Assembly: GCA_050575255.1 (NCBI GenBank)
Contig: JBNZDD010013727.1
Coordinates: forward strand, 3,644,598 to 3,708,597
DNA: 64,000 bases
Direction of reading: 5' to 3'
From: Harriotta raleighana
Lineage: Eukaryota
A program made the translations under genes and the position numbers. The notes under the pieces are model-generated. The model was not told the origin of the DNA, did not search any database, and saw only the letters and a program-made list of their open reading frames with translations. This document shows, one piece after another, positions 40,736-54,650 of this stretch (positions are counted from its first letter, which is position 1; each line of letters opens with the position of its first letter).

Positions 40736-42043
40736 TATAAAAAATTGTGTGATAATATTTACTTCTGCGAACCATATAGTTCATGTGGTTTCCAAGAATG
40801 AATGTACAACATCTATATATATGTCTGTGTGTGTGTGTGTATATTTGTGTATCTAGAGTGGACATTGAATGCAAACACAGAGATGTGTTTATGCGAGGAT
40901 AAAGTGGTTAGTTGGAGCATTGCATCCATTTTTGAGCACCCAATTATTACCCTTCGGTTCCCCCCACCCCCCCAACTCTTCCCACTCTCCTTCCCCCTCC
41001 CCCCGAACCCTCCACCCATGCTCAGGTCCCGACCTGACTGTTCAGTGCTTTGGACGTCCTCCCGACGTGAAAGGCGCTATACAAGTGTAATTTTGTTGTT
41101 GTTGTTGTGTAGAAAGGACACTGCAGCAACTGTAAATGAAATCTTGCAGGACTTGATATATTTGGTCCATTTTAAATGGAAGAAGGTCAAGTGGAATTCC
41201 AAAAAAGTTCTTAAATTATTAACAGTCGACTACTTCCATTGCTCAGTGAGTTTGTTATCAGACAGTGCCTTAAACTGAGAATTATCAGAAAAAACAAAAG
41301 TGATAAAGCTTTTTTATGTATAATAGTTTATCAAACAAAAATGGCTGCCATAACCACAGCATCTAAAAGGGAATTAGATGAATACGTAAGGGGAGTTATT
41401 CCCAAAGGGTAAATATAGAGAAGGAACAGGGAATGGGAGGAACAGCAAGTAGCTTGTATGATGGTATCCAAGTGTCCATGAGAATCAGCTAAGAGACCTG
41501 AAACTTTGTGATTCTTAAACAATCAGGAAACTGAATAAATACAGTATATAACTAATGTTTACTTTTGTTTCAAAATTGTGAATTGGGCCAATTATTTTTG
41601 NTTACAGTATTAATTAAACTAATGTTTACTTTTGTTTCAAAATTGTGAATTGGGCCAATTATTTTTGGCTACAAACAATAAACCATAAATAATAATCATA
41701 TCTGTAAATGAAATATTATTCCTGCAAAATCATTGCCTATGTGAAAAGGATTACGCTAAATTGATCAAACATTTCATTCTAATGGAAAAATAATTTATTT
41801 CCAGAACAAACCAATAAAATAACATATTTCTGCATAGTATCTAGATCCAGAAAGAATTGCTAAAATCAATATGAAAAATATAACGATACATTTAACAGTG
41901 GTTTAAAAAAAATGAATTTAAGAATATTAAATTATTGCTGTTTTTCAAACTTTTCTATGTCATTGTTTAATTAAAAGTCATAATTTGCACCAAAACTGTG
42001 CTGCTAGAAATAAACTGCTAAAAAAAAGTACCCTACAACTTAC

Positions 42044-42184
42044 AGTCTGAAAATCATGAACTTCGACTGCCTCTTCATTCCCACTTCCAGTTCTGAAGGT
42101 CTCAAGATTATTTTCAGTATCAATTTCCAATGAACCTTCCTTTACCTTTCCATTGATGCTCATGGTGTAATGCATATTATACAC
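42044..42184 (-). CDS. CNMD: Chondromodulin-1 exon 3
   Basis: VYNMHYTMSINGKVKEGSLEIDTENNLETFRTGSGNEEAVEVHDFQT; 141 nt; ttgcag / gtaagt boundaries. Confidence 0.96.
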
Positions 42185-45100
42185 CTGCAATCAAATACAT
42201 GCCATCATTATTAACAATATAAGTGAAAAGCTAAAACACATGCCAACAACCTTTTAGTTAAGTAATCCTTGCATTTTATGATTAATTATAATCAGTGCTT
42301 TTCTATATGAGGAATAAATGAATAAAATCAACATATATTTTGCTGTTGTAATTTCCTTGGTATGAGATATATCAATAATAATCCTTGCATTTGATGAAGC
42401 ATCTTGTCATGTCATTGAAACATCTTAAAGCACTTTGTGCAGCTGCACTTCTTTTGCCTATCCATTACATTTCACAAACTCATCCAAAATAATAATAATA
42501 CTAACACTTGCATTTGATAGAGTGCTTGTCACGTCTTCTAGACATTCTCAAAGTACTTCACAGTATATACTGTAATGTGAATTGACCGTATATGCAACTG
42601 GCTGCCATGTTTCGCCCAAAATACACAGCCAACTCACTTTACAGTACATTCTGTGAAGCACTTTGAGATATCTACAAGTTGTGAAAAGCACTATATCAAA
42701 TGCAAGGATTATTATTATTAAGCATTTTAACCAGTGACAATTTGATTTAATATTGTATTGCTATCATTGGTTGAAGATGCCACAAGACCATGAGTTTAAA
42801 ACCTTCAAATTAAAATAAATGTGTCCTACTTTGCTTTATGACTACAGTCTTTAAGAAGATTGTTATTTTCTTGTATTTATATATATATATATATTAGACA
42901 CAATTGCTTTATGAGATTCTAACAGTGAGGACATCCGCAGGTTAAAAATAGCTCTGTGATTACTACTAATTTCAAATTATTCAAAATTACTGTGTGATTT
43001 TCCAAATCCTCTCAAGAATAGAGTGTTGCAGTGTGGTAATTTTGCATCTGATAATCTACATTAGGATGAAAAGGTAATGTAAACATCTCAATACCTAAAT
43101 TAAGACATGATGCCCATATTTAGAAATAATTTATTTTTTGTTCTCACAGCTTGCATTCTTAATGAAGGTATGATTACTGATATAAAACCTATTTCAACTC
43201 ATGCATATTATTGCATAAAATCTCTAACAACCATAGACCAGATCAGCTCATGATTATTTATTTCAATAAAGCATTAAGCATAACAAATTTAAATTGTTCT
43301 AATTGTTTACATAAATGTTGGGAAGTTAACTGCTATCAAACCCACAAACAAAAATAGGTTTTGACATTAAAATTATTGAATATGCTGCTGTTAAACAGAC
43401 TTGCTGCTGTGTCCTTTATCATAATGATACCAATAGGCTTTGTGAAGTTTGGACAGAAAACAATGGAAAATGATGTCGAAAAGGAAGAATTAATAAAATA
43501 GAAGGATAAAGAATTAATAAATAATAAACTAAGGAATTAGGGTGGCACAAAATCAAATACTCTGTTGGATTTATTTTTAATCTTTTTTGATTAAAAATAA
43601 TCCATGCATTTGGTGTAGTAATTTTCACTTCAGGAAGATGTCTTGAAGCACTTCACAGAATTTACTCTAAAGAGTAGTACTGTAACTGTAGTTGAGAGCA
43701 AACATGACAACCAATTTGAATACAGCAATGTCCCATAAACAGCCATGAAGTGCTGGATCAATTTTATCTGTTGGATTGTTGGCAAGGGCACAGTGGAATC
43801 TCCCTCCTCTTTTCACTTTGATTAACTTTGAATATTACCATAGGAACTTTGGTTTAAATTGTCAACTTTGCACATCAGATGGTACTTCCAACAATGCAGA
43901 ACCCCCGCCCAGCACTGCAATAGGATGTAAAGGGAGCATCAGTCTGGACAATGAGTTCAAAGCCCTGACATGGGGCCTGAACCCATATCCTTCTGACTTA
44001 AGGGAAGAGATGTACCAAAAGAGCCAAGCAAACACATGCTCAGCTGTATGTTTAAATACAATTTAACATCCATATGTTACAAAGATCAGAAGGTAAGAGT
44101 TCTCAGCACAACATGGCGACTAGTCTTCATGCAGTGGAAAATACTCACAGAAACTCTTGTCTCACAGTGCCAAAGAACAGCCTTGCCTCGCAGATAGAAT
44201 TCCGCAATATAAGGGCAGCCTTGTTTAAAACTGGTGTCTGAATTGCTCATTGGAAGATACAGGAACCTTGGCTCCAAAGAGTTATTTGAGCGTTACCTCA
44301 AAATTCCAAAAGTCTTGAATGGCCAAATTCAATTCCCAGTTTGCTATAAAATAACCCAATTCCTCGCCCCATTCAGTTATACAAAACAACAACAACAACA
44401 AGTTTCATTAGACAGAGTCAGTCATTTGGGTCAGCATCCTGGAGCGGTTAAAGTTATAAAATAGCCCAGTGCTCGAGTGCGCTAGCACATACCTGGGTGA
44501 GGGCACTACATAAATGCAAGTTGTTGTTGATCACCAGTCAATTGTAAAACAACCCACCCACAGCTCTGGGAGACATCTCGAGAGGAGTTGTGTGTAATGT
44601 TGCTAGAATTAGGGTTGGAAGTTTCCGCGGAATTTTCTCACAAACTTTGCACATCAGTTTACAAACAAGACAACAAGAGGTTGCAACATAATTTTTCTCA
44701 TCCTCGCAGCCTACAGATCAGTTCATCAAAAATGATGATTGGATTCCATACCTTTATTCAATTTTGGCCCCTCATATTTCTAACTCTACTATGTGGGGAC
44801 TTTAGATTGACAAGGTCACTCCCCTCCCCAGCATCTTGGTGGGGTGGGGGGTGGTGGGCTAATAATGTAAAATCTCATTAAATGCAACAAAGCAATTAAA
44901 TGTAGAAAATAATAGGGGTGGTTTTTACTAATACTACCAGATTATTTTCACTGATCAGAACTAACACAGCTCCGCTGGGTAGCCAGAAGTTTTCTCCAGA
45001 CAGGGATACCATTGAGAGTAAAAATGCTACACCAGTCGATCCTAGTACAACTAACAGACCATTAACTGAGTTCTGTCTGTCTGTCTGTCTGTGGTCGCTG

Positions 45101-45228
45101 TCAAAGCAGAACCCTGACTCGAGAGGCGACTTTTACACAATTTCACCTTTGATTGCTGCCCTCTCAGCTTCTGGTAAGCTCCGGGGTGGAAATACACAAT
45201 ATAATGAGACACAGAAAGGGCAGCTTAC

Positions 45229-45366
45229 ATTTTTGTCATTGATCTTCCAGAAGTAAAAGGCACCAATAGCTCCAAGTATCAGCAGAACAGCCCCAGTGAT
45301 GATCACCACTGCACCTATCTTCAGGAGGCGACCACTGCTGGAGGATTTCACAGCCACTGTATAAGC
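45229..45366 (-). CDS. CNMD: Chondromodulin-1 exon 2, type II transmembrane helix (proximal copy)
   Basis: AYTVAVKSSSSGRLLKIGAVVIITGAVLLILGAIGAFYFWKINDKN; 138 nt, phase 0/0; C-rich tract + GAG acceptor, gtaagc donor. Confidence 0.95.
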
Positions 45367-45929
45367 CTCAAATGGTGGGGAAGGAGGGAAGGGGGTGGGG
45401 GGAAATCTTAATATAACTCATGTCAAATAACAGAAATACACAACGCATTAAAAACCCACAGCAAACTAGCCCCGACAATGCAACAAAAAACAAAAGAGTC
45501 TGACTTTGGGACATTTCAAAAAGTTTGTTAAGGTGGAATCTTGAAAGGAGTTGAATTTAACAGCCTCCTCCCCCCACCCCCACCACACACACACAAACAC
45601 ACACAGACTGAGGACGTTGAATCTAGTTCTTAATGAAATTTTATCAAAGTTTCTCGTGGAGAGAAAAATCTACTCACCGCATTCGTACCCCCGCCCCCCC
45701 ACCAAAAAAAGTTGCACTTATTCTAAAATAGAATAACTCGATTCTAAAATCTTTACACAGCGCCTTGCTTGGGAAGACTTTCAAATTACACCGTTAATAC
45801 ACTTAAGAAAGGACCTGCGATTGCAAATTGGTCCATTTCCCAACGAATTCAAGCCTTGGGATGGGTTTAAATTCAAGTTGATGTCTTTCTCTGCAATTGA
45901 GACTTTTGAGAAGCTATCTGAGTACTTAC

Positions 45930-46001
45930 AGGCGGTAGGCATTGCTCTACATCATCTGGTCCTGCCAGGGCTATGGGCACTTTTTCTGAGGTTTCTGCCA
46001 T
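45930..46001 (-). CDS. CNMD: Chondromodulin-1 exon 1 (proximal copy)
   Basis: ATG at 46001-45999; MAETSEKVPIALAGPDDVEQCLPP then gtaagt donor. Homologous to human MTENSDKVPIALVGPDDVEFCSPP. Confidence 0.95.
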
Positions 46002-46269
46002 GGTGTCTGCTCTGCACTGACCCACTCTGTCTGAGTAAAACTCCAGTCAGTGTAGCATTGAGCAGCTACAGCAGGCTCTGTGTTCCCAATGATTCCCCAC
46101 TTGGACACTGCCAAGCTCTCCTTGACACAAACACCTCTCACATTCCCTTGCCCTGAACGTCATTTCCTTCTGGATCGGTTTATTTATTTAGGAATTTGAG
46201 TAGGAATTGAATGCATTGAGACTATAAAAACGTCAAACAGAAGAAGGTGGTGAGGGGTTTATTTGATTN

Positions 46270-47426
46270 CCCTGACTCGAGAGGCGACTTTTACACAATT
46301 TCACCTTTGATTGCTGCCCTCTCAGCTTCTGGTAAGCTCCAGGGTGGAAATACACAATATAATGAGACACAGAAAGGGCAGCTTACATTTTTGTCATTGA
46401 TCTTCCAGAAGTAAAAGGCACCAATAGCTCCAAGTATCAGCAGAACAGCCCCAGTGATGATCACCACTGCACCTATCTTCAGGAGGCGACCACTGCTGGA
46501 GGATTTCACAGCCACTGTATAAGCCTCAAATGGTGGGGAAGGAGGGAAGGGGGTGGGGGGAAATCTTAATATAACTCATGTCAAATAACAGAAATACACA
46601 ACGCATTAAAAACCCACAGCAAACTAGCCCCGACAATGCAACAAAAAACAAAAGAGTCTGACTTTGGGACATTTCAAAAAGTTTGTTAAGGTGGAATCTT
46701 GAAAGGAGTTGAATTTAACAGCCTCCTCCCCCCACCCCCACCACACACACACAAACACACACAGACTGAGGACGTTGAATCTAGTTCTTAATGAAATTTT
46801 ATCAAAGTTTCTCGTGGAGAGAAAAATCTACTCACCGCATTCGTACCCCCGCCCCCCCACCAAAAAAAGTTGCACTTATTCTAAAATAGAATAACTCGAT
46901 TCTAAAATCTTTACACAGCGCCTTGCTTGGGAAGACTTTCAAATTACACCGTTAATACACTTAAGAAAGGACCTGCGATTGCAAATTGGTCCATTTCCCA
47001 ACGAATTCAAGCCTTGGGATGGGTTTAAATTCAAGTTGATGTCTTTCTCTGCAATTGAGACTTTTGAGAAGCTATCTGAGTACTTACAGGCGGTAGGCAT
47101 TGCTCTACATCATCTGGTCCTGCCAGGGCTATGGGCACTTTTTCTGAGGTTTCTGCCATGGTGTCTGCTCTGCACTGACCCACTCTGTCTGAGTAAAACT
47201 CCAGTCAGTGTAGCATTGAGCAGCTACAGCAGGCTCTGTGTTCCCAATGATTCCCCACTTGGACACTGCCAAGCTCTCCTTGACACAAACACCTCTCACA
47301 TTCCCTTGCCCTGAACGTCATTTCCTTCTGGATCGGTTTATTTATTTAGGAATTTGAGTAGGAATTGAATGCATTGAGACTATAAAAACGTCAAACAGAA
47401 GAAGGTGGTGAGGGGTTTATTTGATT
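46270..47426 (-). repeat. CNMD: Second copy of 45112-46268, containing CNMD exon 2 (46387-46524), exon 1 (47088-47159) and proximal promoter; probable assembly duplication
   Basis: Offset 1158. Copies are separated by a single N (46269). Only one difference seen (45183 G vs 46341 A). Confidence 0.9.
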
Positions 47427-49922
47427 TCAAATATAATAAGCAGGTTACATCAGTTTGGTACATTATTGGCACTATTCCTATACATGGAAACTCCAGGGTA
47501 TTTAATAACAATAATCATTTAATTTAATATAGAGCCTTATCCTGTCTTTGAGATGTCTGACTGCTCTTCACAGAAGACACTGTAAAGGCCCATTTACTTT
47601 TATTATTAAAGATAGAGTTTATATTATTTTTGTAATACTTATTAAATAGTTCTTTCCAAATGCTGCTTTTAAACTACTGCAAGGATTCTTCTTCTTCTTA
47701 TTATTACCGTATCAAAACACTGAGATGTGTCTAATATGACAATAACATTAAGAATTAAGCCATTTAAAAGTGTTGATCAAGCCTATCATGATTGGGACAA
47801 ATATTCGTTTGTAGTTTCTTACCAGTTTACTTCATTAGATTGAATGGGACACTAAGTAGAGAGTGAAGTACATATGCAGCTTGGTTCAGTGGGCATTGCT
47901 GATTTTGAGTCAGAAGGTTGTGGGTTCAAGCCCCAAGTTCCTGTGTTTGAACTCATATAGTCTAGATTATAGTCCATCTGACATTCCAATGCAGGTCTGT
48001 AATGTATTGCAATGTTGAAGGTGCTGTCTTCACCTCTTGGCTGCTTTTGGCAGATTGGCTGTAGAATTCACCTACGAAATACACAGCCATTACACAAACT
48101 CTTTGAGACATCCTGCAGATGCTGATGCAAAAGCAAACAGTAATATATTATTACTTGTACTCATTCTGCTAATAAAGTTAAGAGACATTTAGCTTACTCG
48201 ATGGGACAGTAGATAAATATACCACATGATACTGGCCACACATATAAACAAAAAGGTTCCATGGCTAGTCTTCTTTGGAAGAACCGTCAAAACTCCATCA
48301 ACAGAGACTTTTTTTTTCCTTTTTCCAGCAAAACATATTTGTATATCTGTATTTAAATAGTGACACGGAATTAAATACTTTGTGCGGCTTATTCCTCTCA
48401 CAAACTATGCAGACACTAATCTGCTGTGAAGTCCACCCACCAACCATCATATTCCATGCAATTTGTTGCAAGCAGCATGATGAAATGTGCTGAACACTTT
48501 GCGGGAAAGTAATGAACGAGGTTATTTTTGGTGCCAGAAGTTCCGTTGTTCAGAGAATTCCATTTCACAAAATTGTTGAAATCACAGCATTAAAATTGCA
48601 TAATCCCTCCCTCTTGTAGCAATACCATTCCCGTGAACAGTTTTACACTGAGCCCCCAGCTGCATGATCAACATTGCTTGTGTTGTGGAGTTGGCAGGCC
48701 TTCCCAACTACAAAGATGGTTTTGCCTTGGCTTTTGACGTTTGTTTCAGCTGATGTTAAATTATTGAAACATTTCAATGCAGCTTCACATTGATAATGAC
48801 TTTACCAATCTCTACCCTTTTCTAGCACCTGTGACGCAGAAACCTTGTTTCAAAAACAGCCAACTGAGCAGGAGTCCAAGATAGTGGCTTGATTCATTTC
48901 AATTAGTTTGGTGCTATAATTGGTAATAAGTTGAAAGATTGTATTTCAAACACATTTTGAACAAGTTTCCTTTAATGAGGGATATAGGAATATAGGAATA
49001 GTGTATAGGAATAACACAATTTTATCTTGTGTTGTAATATTTAAATATTGTTTGTGCACTTTTCCCCCATAATGTTTTTTATTATTCAGCATTAACTTAT
49101 ATAGTGACGTGATGTTTAACCAGGATAATATAATTGCAATTAATAGTTCTGCATGTTAAAATATTGCAATGTTTCTGTTGGTTCATTTACTCAGATTCAC
49201 AGACAGCACATGGCTTTCTTCCAGATGATGGAGAAGCTAATAGCTGTGAATAAAAAGATTGTGATCACCAGGGTCTAAAGATTGGTTTGGGAGGTGCACT
49301 GATGGAAGAAAACTGATTTTACTTTGCTCTCATAGAGGAATAGAACATTTCAGAAAATTAACTGGTTCAGGAGGTTGTTTAGAAATAAATACTGCAGTTT
49401 TGTTTCAAGCATTGAGTCAATGAGAGATGCCTTCTGTGGAGGGATATGCACCATCAGAGCTGGGTTACACTACCAGCTGTGTTTTGCTCTCTCTCTGGGC
49501 TCAGTGCAAGTGAAGCAAAGCTCTCACACATACACCCAGACACACTAAATGGTGCCAAATGCCAATTAATTTTTAATAATTTAAATTTTAAAAGTTTACT
49601 TTGAATCGACGTGCTTTCAGATTGCAGTAATTACTACAGTTATGTAAAGGCCAAATCATGTCAGACTAATCCGGTGATGACATTGTTTCCCTAAATAGGG
49701 GTTTACAGCTCCTGAAATTGATGTTATACTGCGGTGTTTATTCACTCAATGTGAACATTCGAATAGTTGTAACATGAGATAACCCTTGCTAACTTTGAGT
49801 GGGAAATGCATTTGCATTAGGAAAAGGAAATCCTGTCAAGATCAGAGAAATATTGGAGTGACATTTCTGATTGGCAGAAGTGGCAGGTTGCAAATGCATT
49901 TAAATGTATCAAGTTGTGTTTC

Positions 49923-50210
49923 AATAATAACAGTAATCCTTGCATTNAATAAAACGCTTTTCATGTCTTCTCGACGTTGCAAAGTGCAGAATATACTGTA
50001 AATTGAATTGACTGTATTTTGTGGGCGAAACGCAGTAGCCAATTGCACACAGCAGTGTCCCACAAACAGTTGTGGATTAAAATGACCAATTTTTTTTGAG
50101 AGATTATTATTAGGTGTGTGGAGAAAAGAAACTTGCCCAAGGTTTCATCCTTCCTGCAGTTGAACCCAGGTCTCTCTCTTGTAAGACGGGGGCTCTAACC
50201 ACTGAGCTAT
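49923..50210 (-). mobile_element. tRNA-derived SINE
   Basis: Same family tail/body/head (ctctaaccactgagcta). Confidence 0.78.
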
Positions 50211-52500
50211 ACACGTGTTACAACAGATTATATATCAAACATAATGAATGATTGCCATATAGTCATGCCAGTCTATCTGGTCACATCCCACCAGAATAAT
50301 CACCATCCCATCTTCTAATCACAGATTCAAGGTCCTTTTTAAATGAGTGCAGTGTCCGGCTCTCAACCACCCTTACTGCAACCTGTTCCATTTGTTANTC
50401 ACCAGAATAATCACCATCCCATCTTCTATTCACAGATTCAAGGTCCTTTTTAAATGAATGCAGTGTCCGGCTCTCAACCACCCTTACTGCAACCTGTTCC
50501 ATTTGTTAATTATTCTCTGGATTATACAAACAAGATCTAAATTGCGCTCTTCAAATCTATCATTTGCCTATTGGTAGGTAGATGTACTGTAATATTGATT
50601 AATGTGCAGAATTTTAACAGGGCATTTTACTAAGAAATTCCATGAGGATTCCAGTCAACCTGTGGGACACTGCTTTGGAAGATCATATTGTGACATACAT
50701 CCGTTTACTGGAAGTAAACAAATGTATTTGCACGACTCAGATTCCATATTAAGGAATTCCATTTAGAAATACCTCAATCGCTAACGTGTGTCTGTGACTA
50801 GATTATATGAGTCACACATACATGGAATACTACAGCTTTTTCCAAAGCTTAAAGCACCATTGTGCTTCTGTAACATAAAATGTGTACCCATACCTTTGAT
50901 TTAGTGCATGCAAATTGGCTGCCACATTTGCCTACAACATATAGAATTCACTAAGCCATATCTTGGATTTGATATATCGCTTCACAGTATCCTTTCGATG
51001 TGAAAGGCACCATATCAAATTTAAGGATTATTATTATGAGTGGTGGTGCTCCGTAGTTCCAAAATACGTTGGAGCATTTGACTGTGTGCAGTCAATGGTA
51101 CATTACTGGTGAGAGGCAAGGCATTATTTATCATGTCTGACCTATGCCAAGCAATGTCTGGAAGATATACCAAACTAGCCAGGTGTCATACATTCAGATT
51201 CTGAACACTTGAAAAGTTACATACTTGAGGCAATCATATGCGCAGCAGTGATTACCATAGATTCCCAAGAAGACAGAGTTAGTTATATTATCACCCATCA
51301 CTGTGTCAGGTAGTCTTGCTTGGACAAACTTCTATTATAATAAAATTTGTTTCACCCATACCCTTTCGAAGCATTTAATCATACTTTGACTAAAAATGCT
51401 GACTTCATGTAGATGAAAAAACAACATTGTGATCTTGTAGTCTATATTATACCAGTTTGTTGGAGCAGAGAATAAACTTATGCATTGTATTAAAAAAGGA
51501 AGTTAGAAAGTGAGAACACATTAGTTTCAATCATATTATTGAAAGTCAAAATGATTGCTGCTGGTAAGACACCTATCAAATCAGAGTGTTTTTTTTAACT
51601 TAAAAAAACAGTAAAAATGATACTGAAGAGATAGACTACAGTATTACTAATATTCCATTCATTTGGTATGATACCTTTTACATCCGGAGAACGTTTCAAA
51701 GCTCTTATTTCATTGGATTTACTAGTCTAGACTAGGGGTTCAAAGTCTTCATGTGGAGCTTGACTCCACAATATTCTGAAGTAGAAGTGAGAGTACTACA
51801 AACTAAGCAAGTGAATTAGTTTTTGGTGTAAGGAGCAATTAAAGAAGTGCAGATTGCTTAAACTTCAAAAGTGTTAAAAAAAAGATTCAAAAAGGATTTC
51901 TAATGTTATTTCTTGACTGATGTATTCGAGGAACCATTACCTCTGTTTATGTATTTTAATAAGATGGAACAGAGCATGAAACAGGCAGGAACTGTAAAAC
52001 ACAGAGACCAGGAGGCGTCTGAAAACATCCAGCAAAACCAATCAGCAGCAGCATTTGTTCCAAACTCATTTAGTGTCAATGACAATCCAGCCCTTGGCAA
52101 TCAAACTACAGCAGACTAATTAATAAAGAGCTCTGAGGACTCTGAGTAAGTCTGAAAGGTCGTATGTCTTGCAACTTAAAAATTAAATGTAAAGCAAACC
52201 AATAACCCTGAGGGACATTTGCTAATGTGAACAGAATGTCACAAAATATTCTTTTTAGAAGGAGTTAAATCTTAATCAATGTACTGAATTTATTTTGTGC
52301 ATCAGATAGACTTGTTCTTAGTAGTTATTCCCTCAGCTGTCCACAAACCTGGCAGTATTGGACATCTGAGTTTTGGATTGGCAAGTGTGGCCCGATGTAT
52401 GGAACTCTCTATGGTATATTCAAAGGGGGTGGAGTTACCGCTAGGTAAGTAGGAACCCATGTGTTAGTCGGGGTGGAAGATTGATAGTCGATTGGCAGAT

Positions 52501-52990
52501 AATAATAATAATCTTTGTATTTGATTTACTGTAGCACTTTTCAGGTCTTCTAGACATCTCAAAGAGCTTCATAGAATATACTGTAAAGTGAATTGACTAT
52601 ATATTTGTGGATGAAACACATTAGCCAATTGTGCATAGCAGCATCTCACAAACAGTTATACAGTAGACCAATTCATTTTTTTTTCTTGAGGGATTATTAT
52701 CTGTGTGGAGTAAGGAAACTTGCCCAAGGTTACACCCTGCCTGAAATCAATCCAGGTCACTCACTTGTAAGGTGAATGCTCTAACTACTGAGCTGCAGGA
52801 TCGTTTTTCTAGGGGTAATAACTCCTTCAAAAAATAAATAATAAATTGGTCACTCAATCTGTTTGTGGGTTACTGCTGTGCACAATTGCCTGCCGCATTT
52901 CACTCACAAAATATAGTCAATTCACGTTACAGTATATTCTGTGAAGCACTTTGAGAGGTTTCGCTATATCAAATGCAAGTATTATTATAA
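52501..52990. mobile_element. Inverted pair of tRNA-derived SINEs (- copy 52501-52800; 5'-truncated + copy 52803-52990)
   Basis: Both family tails point outwards. Confidence 0.75.
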
Positions 52991-54089
52991 AACTATTTGT
53001 TGGGCTCTCTGTTGGCTGGATTTGGGATGTTAGAAGATCCTGATCTGAGGAATTTGATCTATCCTCACAAAGAGGAATGGAGAATCCAGAGTTTAGAACT
53101 ATCTGATCATCAGATTCAGACATGATTTGCCCAGGATGGTGGAGTCCATCCAGTTACTTGACTTACTCAGGTGGTTGTGATGCAAGGAATCGAGTCTGTG
53201 TTATCCTTTGACAATTATGGACCTAGATTATGGTGGAGAAAAGCAAGGGGTTGGGGGTAACCTGAATTACCATTTGTGAATCTGATTCAATTTAACTTGT
53301 CCTAGTGGCGATGAATGAGGAAAACTATGCTCACCAAGAAAACCTAGCTAGATTTGTTCTTTAATGCATCCACAAATCTGCCTTCTAGAAGGGAGGGCAG
53401 GAATAATTGGAACTAGCTATAAATCCTGTAACTCCAGTTTCCTTAATGGTTCTAGAAGAAAATAATAGAAAATTATTCAACCATACCCACAAAGGAAGGC
53501 ACAAAAGACATTGTGATATTGTTCCCTCCCAACAAGTTTCCGTATCAGTGTGATTTAAATGTACTAATATCAAGAATCCAATAATAAATTGTGAAATAAG
53601 ACCAAAAGCAATTGTTGAGAACAACTTTAAAGATTTATCTGTAAAAGGCAAGGTTTTTCTATTGCTGACTGCTGATTAAAGTATGACTTCTTTCTTCCAA
53701 TACATAAAGAATACATTGGATTCTATTTTAACACACTTTTTTATGGGTAATGAGCTAAATGTTATACATAAAGAAGTGAGCAAGTTGCAGTTTACATTGA
53801 TAATTGTTGGAGTTTTTAATCCATGTGGATAAATGCACAAGGTTTTGATTTCTATCTGTGATTTCTACCCTCACTTGTAGTTGGGACTGCACATTGGAAA
53901 CAATACAGCAAAGGTCCTTTGTTAGACTGATCTACGTGCCAGCAATAGGTGTAATTTGTATTGTAGAAAGCTCCTGTTATTTCAATTGTAATCACATTTG
54001 ACCATTAGTTATTAAGGATGCTATATTTTTGTTTGCAATTTATTACAAATTTACATTTATGGGAGTGTTTTGCAAGGTGCTTACAGTAA

Positions 54090-54650
54090 TAGGTTGGTAC
54101 GTAAATTGAGGAAATGATTCAACTGCACTCAGGGGTGGGAGGGAAAAGATAACTGCAGTAAAAGTCTTTAGCCCAACGTCAAAATGAAGTGAGAGAGGAA
54201 GTGAGTCAGAAAGATTACAGGATGGGCTTCCAAAAAGAGAGGGAAGATAGGCTGAAATTCCACATGCCAATCATGGGGTGGGCAACATGAAGGAGGCAGG
54301 TGCCCACTGAGTGAAGGGAGCAGTTAGGTTGGTAGGATTTAAAGAGGTGGGATGGTGCAAGACCATAGAGGGATTTAAAGATGAGGATCAGGATCTTGAA
54401 CTCAATCCATTAGGAGATTAGGAGCAAATGGAGCCGGGTGAGGATCGGGATGATAGGTTTGCAGAAGGGAAGAGTTGTGGAGTCAAGCAGAATATTAGCA
54501 TAATCAAGCCTTGGCATGATAAATACGTGGATGAGGGTCTAAGCCTAGAAAGATAGAGGTGGAGGCAGGCAATATTTTGAAAATGGGGGAAAGCTGATTT
54601 TGCAAGAGAACGGATGTGAGGTTAAATGGACAGGAGGGAGTCAAACAACA
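54090..54650 (-). mobile_element. Highly decayed L2 fragment
   Basis: Purine-rich; gatgaggatcaggatcttgaactcaatcc matches the FKIL region seen in the other L2 copies. Confidence 0.6.

Noticed and set aside
40802-41278. 158-aa ORF
   Set aside because: Chimera of a TG repeat, a C-rich L2 3' end and a (TTG)n tail.
46100-46190. CNMD promoter motifs (ttggacactgccaa NFI-like, cacattcc TEAD-like, taaataaa TATA-like on -)
   Set aside because: Short motifs, the NFI spacing is one base short, and the TSS is unknown; not supportable without data.
46270-47426. A second CNMD paralogue
   Set aside because: Only exons 1-2 are present, the copy is near-identical, and it is joined by one N; best explained as haplotype overlap.
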